A DNA stretch of 64,000 bases from the human T2T-CHM13v2.0 reference genome, Homo sapiens. The notes below the pieces were generated by a model. The model was given only the letters and a program-made list of their open reading frames with translations. It was not told where the DNA came from and did no database searches. Numbering within the stretch: position 1 is the first letter of the stretch; each line of letters begins with the position of its first letter. The translations under genes and the position numbers were made by a program. Of the stretch, positions 55,913 through 64,000 are shown piece by piece. The stretch lies in assembly GCF_009914755.1 (NCBI RefSeq), contig NC_060927.1, one strand, 5' to 3'.

Positions 55913-58439
55913 AGGAATTGCCATGGCTAGAAGTCAATAGTTTTGATTTGACGATCTCTTCCCTTCTGTGCACCAGGCTTACTGAACCTCTAAGAACTTA
56001 TTTGGTAGATTTTAAATTATTTCTTTCTGTATTTCTTGGGATAAATCCTTGAAAGGTTTTTGACAATTACTGCAGGGATAACTCTGGATCTTATACCCGC
56101 TGATTAGAATGGGTCCTAGTAAGGGAGGGCCTCTCCAGACCACCTATGAAATTTTGTATGTTCTTCTTCAGTTCTATGGTTCTATATTTTTCCTCCTCTT
56201 TCAGCTGAGATGTTTGGGGTATACTGCATTTCTTCTTTAACGTTCTATGGGAATTTAGTTTAGCACTGAGTGGCTGTTATACATTTCAGTGTGGAATAGA
56301 CAATGAATGGTCTCTTTCAAAGAGCCCTAGTCATCACATTCGTATTTTGGAATTTTTCTGTCTTTGTCTTGGAACTTTTACACAGATCAATCCTCATAAT
56401 CTAAGCTTTATTTGTACTTATCTACTATTCCAAATATAAGATATTCTTCTGATGGGAATATACGAGCTTTTTGAGCCAATAAAAAGGCTGTTGGGCTCAA
56501 TCTCATTACATTTGTGACATACCACAAGTTTGGCTCCATATCTTCACAGGTAAAAATACAGAACTCCATTATGTGATTGGATCACCCATTACCTGGAACA
56601 TAATTTATTCAAATAATGATGCAAAAATAAGCTCATTACCCCAAAAGTACCTCTCATTTCTTTATTCTACCTCATGAGAAAATGGGTTAGTTTTCTTCTC
56701 TATTGTATGTGTGTGTCTTCGTGTGTGTGTAGGATTAGCTGTCTTTGTAATTCACTTGTTCTTTGCTAATGAAACCTCTGCATCGCTAACAAAGCAGAAA
56801 ATAAAAAAGGTAAATAGCACTCCTCAGAAAGAATTTGTTTCTTGTTACATGCATTCTTGTTAAACACCATCTAAGGGACTTTTTGCAGATCAAGAAAAAG
56901 GAAAAGGCTGCAAACACAATTAGTTGAACCAAAAAGAAATAATAATTATAATCACAATGCAGTCAAATGGATATTCAGACAGCCATGCCTGTGGTCAAAG
57001 AAAAAACAAATGGAGCATTGCAGTCATGGATAGTCCCAGGAAAGATTATGTATGATGGTAAACATAGGTGCTGACTGCCAGGAAAAGTCTTCATACTGAT
57101 TTCATTAAAGGCCATGGGGCAGCTGTCCCTCCTGACCCTTACAGCCAACTGCCCCAAGGTCAAGCCAATTGCTGTATGACACTCAGTAGGAAGAAATAAT
57201 TGTTTTCAAAATTTTACTGAAATATATTTTTACTGAACTACTATGTGCAAGCAACACACCAAAACACTAATGACAACATGTTAAGATCACGATGCATGGA
57301 AAAAAATGAATTAGAAAAAAGTTGTTATGATAGGTGTGATTTAAGAACATGAAATTCCTTAAGCATTAATTGACAAATTATGACAATTCACCATGTTTCA
57401 CTGAGTAAAATTTATAAACTTTTTTGCAAATAATTGGAACCAAACAGTATTACCTTAAACACTACAGAAGAGTGAAGAGATAATACAGACATACCCATTA
57501 TGTCATGTTTTCCCACTTAGATACCCAGAATGGAATCTCTGAATGGCTGTAGGAGACTGACATTCTACTAAGTGTGAGATGCTGTATAGTGGCACCATAT
57601 TTTCAAAAATATCAGGGATTTGCATCTTTCTGATGGGTTCATGGCTGAGTTCACATCTCTTAAATCACACTGTGGAGACCAGTGGTAGTGAAAATCCTTC
57701 ATTCTGTTTAGGGGTGCAGGGGATGTTATTTACATCAGCTTGTAGTTAAAGGATACTTGCAGTTCTACCAGGATTCAGAAGAGAGTATTCTTTATCCTGT
57801 TTCCATTTTATAATGAATTTATGTAATTGGAATCTATCCAATTAAGGTTTTGATTTCCTTTATAGAAGGCACAATGTCTTTTTCTCTAATGCTTCTACAG
57901 TGCCTGACAACTAATAGAAGTTCTAGAAATACCGGCTAACTGAATTCATTGAGGGAAAAATATACATGGCTACACATAGTCCTAATTCATATCATTTTCT
58001 GTACCATTTTTTAAAAATGTACACTTTATAGGAATCTGTGAAGTGGATATATTTCAGTCTTGCTGAGGCTGAATAAGCCGAATGTAGGGCAACGGTTTTT
58101 AACATCGCCTAGACAATAGAAGGACCAAACATGTACTCTAGTATTAAATTCTGAGCAGGTATCTTCAAGAACAATTTTCCTGAGCATTCTGTTCTGGGAA
58201 CACGCTCCTCTCAAACCTTCTTCCATATCCTTCTGCCATTTCTATGATAGAGCCCACTGGGAAACATGAACAATACAATAGAAATATATAGAGATACACA
58301 AGTTAAAGCCCCTGTCCTAAAGCTTTACAGCACATACAATGAATAGCTTGCTAAACGTCTACACCTACATGATCCTGGCAGATAAAACTGAGCACTAAGA
58401 AAAAAAAAAAAAAAGCTCCATTCCCTGGGCTTCTTTTTG

Positions 58440-58918
58440 GCTAGTGCTCTTGTTACTTGCATCAACAATCACACGAATACTTGTGTGACTTTAATTGGGA
58501 ACTGGAACGGTGGGGTAGTCACAGCATATCTATAGTTTTAGTAAGGAGTCTGGCAAAGAAAGTAGAGTTTGGAGTGAGTAATTTCAGTGGCAGCTTCCTG
58601 ACATTGCTACAACTTGATCAAAGTAGAATGGAGATAGTTCTGGAGTTGGCAGCTGTGATAGCAGCTTTCTAATTGGGTGAGTGGCTTTCTGATTCAGTAG
58701 CTTTCTAGACTCTAGACCACGGCAAAGATAACAGCTTACCTAGTGGCCTAGCTCTCTGGTGTGGTTTTAGAAGTTATTTTTCGGAGTTTGGTCTGGAATT
58801 TGTTTCTTCAGGGTTCTCAGTGATTCTCAACTATCTTTATCTTCTAATAAATTCTTTTATGCTTTAAAAGAGCAGACTGGATTCTATCATATGCAAATAA
58901 AAATACTTATCAAATAAC
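58440..58918 (+). mobile_element. ERVL LTR, LTR41-like
   Basis: gcagcttcctg repeats, gtgtggttttagaagttatt...tgtttcttcag, AATAAA and LTR-type 3' end. Confidence 0.55.
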
Positions 58919-60543
58919 ACAGTCCATTTTTCTCTATCTGCCAAGGTGGAGGAGCATTCAATCTTCTCAAATGTGTTTATGGAGATATCTAGGCTCTTTT
59001 TTGGTAACCTCTTTGCTTTTTTAGAAAATTGTGATGGACTCTTACTCTAGATATTGCCTCAACATGGAGTCATACATACTGAGATTATAATTATTGTTAT
59101 AATATCTATTTTTGGAATTTCAGACATCTAAGGCTGATTCAGAGGAGCTGCCTGGACCTTTGCTTAAATTCACTATTGGGAAAACAGTATCTTATGCAGA
59201 GTGGTGACTATTCATGAAAGTTGATCTAAAATTGGCTGACGGAGAATTTAAACAAGATTACAGATTTTTCAGGTATCCAAAGTCATTTCTGATCATCTTT
59301 TTAAAAAATTCCCTAATAATAGAGAATCGAGCACCCACAAACCAGGCTCCAGTGAGTTAATGACTTTATTACATTCCATGCAGAGTCTCAATAATTTTGA
59401 TTGCTGCTCACACTGCTCAATTCATTTAATATTTCTTGAATTCTTTGCTTCACTTTTTCCTCTGAGTTATGCTCATATATAGTTTCATGTATTAGATTTG
59501 CCCGTTTAAGCTTAGAATAGCATTTGTGGAAAGGGCTTAGAAAATAACCCCATCCTGAGATTTCTACCCTTTCCAACCCGATATGCAGAAACTTTTGAAA
59601 TATTTTTCTCTTTTCTACATACCAAAGGAGTATTGGCATTTTTGATTCAGGCAATCAATAATTGGCAAAAGAAGGAAAGAAAAAGAAACCTAGAGCCTAG
59701 AGGCATTGTGTTTTTGCACTTAAGGGAACATAAAATGTTAAATAACGTTTTTCTCTAGGAGGAAAGAATTTTTTTTTGTATTTATACTCCCTATGTAGTT
59801 TTGTTCTGCTTTAACAAACCATTCCAACACGCTCATACATGTTTTCTACTAACACTTATTAGCAGTAAGGATGGTCGTAGTAGATAAAAGGTCTTCTTAT
59901 TCTACTTCATAAAAAAATTCAACAATAATTGGAGCCTTCGATATCTGAGTCCCACACTGATGTTTTGGTTTACCACAGTTATTTGGGCTGTGTCTAACCT
60001 GGAAAACTCATTTACTTGAATGTAACTTCAGGAATTAAAAGCACTAACAATACTAAGAATAACTTCACATATAATAATTGCTCATTAAACGTTATTTTAG
60101 TAACTCTATTGAGCTTCATAATAGCAGAGACAGTCATGTTAAAATATGTTCTTGTTTAGCCAGGTTAGGTTATGGTCCATGAACAGAAAATTCATTTTGT
60201 TCATCTCTATAACAGAAAATAGATTTAATTATTGATAACTGTATTTTCTGAGAAATACTACAGTGCCTCATTCTTTGAAAGCAGGTAATGGAATATTTGA
60301 AATTAGATAAACATCCTCTTTTATCCTAATTATATTCCCCCAAACATTCTCTTGGTATTTCCAGGAGGTTTTTATGCCCAAACTAAATTCTTTCAGTGTA
60401 TATATTTGCCTCCCGTAAGATCTCTGGCTGTTTGGCTGTGACCTTTTATTAGATTTGATTCATTCTACTAAATTGCTTGGGCCATTTTTGCAGACTTATC
60501 ACATTAGTTAAAGTGAAGGCTAAGCTGCTGTTGAAAGTGGGGC

Positions 60544-62020
60544 ATGGCAAGGCAATCCTAAGCAAAAAGAACAAAGCTAGAGGCATCACATTACTCAACT
60601 TCAAACTATATTACAAGGTTGCAATAACAAAAACAGCACAGTACTGGTACAAAAACAGACACATAGACCAATGGAATGGAATAAGGAGTCCAGAAGTAAT
60701 GCTGTACAACTGCTAGTATCCAATCTTTGAAAAAGCTGACAAAAATAAGCAATGGGGAAAGAACTATCTATTCAATAAATGATGCTAGGATAACTGGCTA
60801 GTCATACGCAGAAGATCAAAACTGGACCCTTTCCTTACACCACATACAAAAATCAACTCAAGATGAGATAAGGACTTAAATGTAAAACCTAAAAAACTAT
60901 AAAAATTCTAGAAGATAACATAGAAAAAACCATTTGGATATATAACCTGGCAAAGATTTCATGACGAAGACTCCAAAAGCAATTGCAACAAAAACAAAAA
61001 TTGACAAATGGAACCTAATTAAACTAAAGAGCTTCTGCGTAGCAAAGGAAACTATCAACAGAGTAAAGAGACAACCTACAGAATGGGAGAAAATTTTTGC
61101 AAACTATGTATCATGCAAAGGTCTAATATCCAGAATCTATAAATAACCAACAAATTTACAAGCAAAAAACAACTCCATTTAAAAGTGGGCAAGGGACATG
61201 AACAGGCATTTTTCAAAAAATGCCTGCAGCCAACAACCATATGAAGAAAAGCTCAATATCACTGATAATTAGATAAATGCAAATCAAAACCACAATGAGA
61301 TACCATTTCACACCAGTCAGTATAGCTATTATTAAAAAGTCACAAAATAACAGATGCTTTCAAGGTTTCAGACAAAGTACATGTTTACACTACTGGTGAG
61401 CATGTAAATTAGTTCAGACAGTGTGAGGATTCCTCAAAGAATCTGAAACAGAATTACTGTTTGACCCAGCAATCCCACTATTGGGTATATAACTAAAGGA
61501 ATAGATATCATTTTACCAGACACATGCATTCGTTATGTTCACTGCAGCACTATTCAAAACAACAATGACATGGAATCAACCTAAATACTCATCAACAGTA
61601 GAGTGGATAAAGTAAATCCAGTGGTACATATGCATCATGAAATATTGTGCAGCCACACAAAAGAAGGAGATCACATTCTTTGCAGTTACATGGATAGAAG
61701 TAGAGATCCTTATTCTAAGCAAACATAGGAACAGAAAACCAAATATTACACATTCTCACTTATAAGTGGGAGCTAAACAATGTGAACATATGGACACAAA
61801 GATGGGAATAACAGATACTGGGGTCTATTTGAGGGAAGAGGGTTGGAGGAGGGAGAGGATCAGAAAAAAATACCTTTTGGATACTATACTTGTTACCCAG
61901 GTGATGGAATAACCTGTCCATCAAACCCCAGTGACATGCATTTACCTATATAACAAACTTGCACATGTATCCCTGAACCAAAAATAAAAGTTACAATTAA
62001 AAATAGTTATAAAAATAAAA
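60544..62020 (+). mobile_element. 5'-truncated L1 (L1PA15/16-like): ORF2 C-terminus (disrupted), 3'UTR and A-tail
   Basis: ORF-track peptides [20 protein letters not shown] and [26 protein letters not shown] are L1 ORF2p; stops and frameshifts present; 3'UTR gagaggatcagaaaaaaatacc...ccctgaaccaaaaataaaag. Confidence 0.95.
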
Positions 62021-62039
62021 AGGACCAGGGGATGACTAA

Positions 62040-62466
62040 ACAGTAGCTTATAAATGAAACATGTTTGTTAACTGCTTATATAATAATCCTGAGATAAGTG
62101 GTTCAGGTTGGTGGCAGCTTTGCTCCATGTAATCATTCAAGAAGTCAAGTTTCTTTCATCATGTTCCTTTGCCTTTAGCTACCTATCCTTGTGTGCCTAG
62201 GTGACACTAGGTTGTGGGCACTTCCATGTTGCTGCTTGTGAGAAGAAAATAAAGAGAACGTGGAAGAGCAGAAGACCAATGTCTCCAGGCCCAGACCAAG
62301 AAATGCCAGTTATCACTTCCATTCATATTTCATTAGCAAGTACTTGGTCACTGAAAGAAAAGGTGGGAAATGACCTCCAAATGAGTAGTCATGTCGCTGG
62401 CTACACTTCTTTCTCTAGGGAGGAAGGAGAGCATGAGTTAGCGGACAACTAGCTATCTCTGCTACA
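62040..62466 (-). mobile_element. MLT1I/J-type LTR (other end at ~60503-60535, split by the L1)
   Basis: gctccatgtaatcattcaag...atcacttccattcatatttcattagc...actagctatctctgctaca; ttagttaaagtgaaggctaagctgctg before the L1. Confidence 0.7.
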
Positions 62467-63419
62467 CTTGCCAACTTTATCAAATAAGTTGACCAAGTTA
62501 AGCTAGTTCACCTCAATTATGGGGAAGATAATTTTTTCTAACTCTTAATGTTTTATACTTGGATGTAATCTCCAACACTTTCCCTACAAATGTGGTCTCC
62601 TGAGAGACATTTAAAGATCTTTCAATTGTCTTACTGACTTCTAAAGAATATGAATGCTACTTATTGTACTGACCAAGCATGAAAGATGAAGTTAAGGTAC
62701 AGAGTTAGGAGATTAATAATTTTTCTGCTTCCTCCCTACAACTCATAATGGCTTCAAAAATGAGGAGGCTTGAAGTAAAAAAATGATATCCCTTAATGTA
62801 AACACAACAAAATTTTTGCTAGTCTATGTCATACTCAACACTGATCTTTTGGCTCCTCAAACCACTTTAAAAAGTTATGAAGGATGTGCATTGCAAATTT
62901 TATAATAACAAAACAAGCATAACAATGCTATTAAAATAATTAAAAATTCACTTGGTCCCTATTTAACTCACTTTGGCTGCCTAACTTCACATAAAGAGAT
63001 CAGGCTTCAGAGGTGAAACAAGACATTAACAGGTGTTGCAGGATCATGAAGGTGATTTCCCATTAGCCACATGGTAAATGTTCTGGAAACAGCAGCAAGA
63101 AAGCTGTACGTCACAATGCTGCCTGTGCATCAAGTCGTTAAGTTAAATGAAGTTATTATTTTGGTTAAATAAATTCCATGCCATTATTATAAACATATTA
63201 ATTAAGGTTGATGGTGTAATGAAACAGGTTTACTGTTAACTTCACACATGTTACATAAGAGGAATGTGAAACAATTCAGTTCCAGTAAAGGTCTCAGAGT
63301 GAAGCTTTGAACATTAAAGGGCATTGCACCTGAGATGAAAATGTATCTCCTGTTTGGACAGTAGCAATGTCCAGATCCAGAATTAATAAGCTTTTGCCAA
63401 AATAATTTAGTACAATAAT

Positions 63420-63665
63420 TAAGAAAGCACAGGCTTTGAAATTAGACTGGTTTGTTTTTTATTAGAAGCTCTGCTACTTATTGCTGTATGACCTTGAGCA
63501 GTTTTACACAGCATCTCTAAACCTTAGTGTCAACATCTGCAAAATGAAGGTATTAATTGTTGCTTCTTTATATGACTGTTGTAAGAATTAAATTAGAACT
63601 CCTGTGTTAAGCAGTTTGCATGATGTCTGGGACAGTATTCAATGAATGCTAACACATTATTATCC
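63420..63665 (+). mobile_element. MIR, near full length
   Basis: ctctgctacttattgctgtatgaccttgagca...catctgcaaaatgaagg. Confidence 0.85.
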
Positions 63666-64000
63666 TCAAAATATTTATATTGCATGCCCTTTAATATTGT
63701 TAATTGGACCTTATGTTTGAAACAGAGGAATAATTGTATTAGGCTGTGTAAAATTGACAAATAAACATTTTTTTTTTCCAAAAGGAAACACTCATATTTT
63801 AAACATTGGATACTGGAATTGAGGCACAAAGATTCTTTGAGAAGGGCGATTAAAATGGAGTACATAGATGACACGTGTGAGAATATATTTTTTACTAACC
63901 AAATTGCTGATTCTAGTGGAGAGGATATTCTAGAGTTCAGTGAGTAGTTATACACTTCTAAATGAGAGCTGAGGAAATGATTTTTAAACTGCAACTAAAT

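Noticed and set aside
60477-61146. ORFs with real protein similarity
   Set aside because: Broken L1 ORF2p fragments in a truncated, inactive element

Overview
Primate (very likely human) AT-rich, CpG-depleted non-coding DNA, either intronic or gene desert. I cannot support any protein-coding gene, RNA gene or CRISPR-like system. The supplied ORFs are Alu, L1, LTR or simple-repeat translations, or random. The window is a transposon mosaic: about 19 Alu copies or fragments, a 5'-truncated L1PA15/16-like element, older L1M ends, solo LTRs (LTR1-like, THE1 x3, MSTB, MER31/67-like, MLT1I/J, LTR41-like), DNA transposon MITEs (MER33, Tigger2a, Charlie-type) and many MIR, L2 and CR1/L3 fossils. Subfamily names come from recalled consensus sequences, not a database search. 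The most interesting signals are: (i) two ~66-70 bp templated insertions copied from ~0.75-0.8 kb away into transposons, plus two fold-back/palindromic micro-duplications resembling template-switch repair scars; (ii) a non-repeat CpG-retaining block at ~17.9-18.2 kb with a minus-strand Kozak ATG ORF that meets a splice donor in phase 0; (iii) a PBX-HOX/octamer/TATA promoter-like module at ~7.9 kb; and (iv) two atypical Alu insertions with intact target-site duplications. No new biological system can be claimed from sequence alone.
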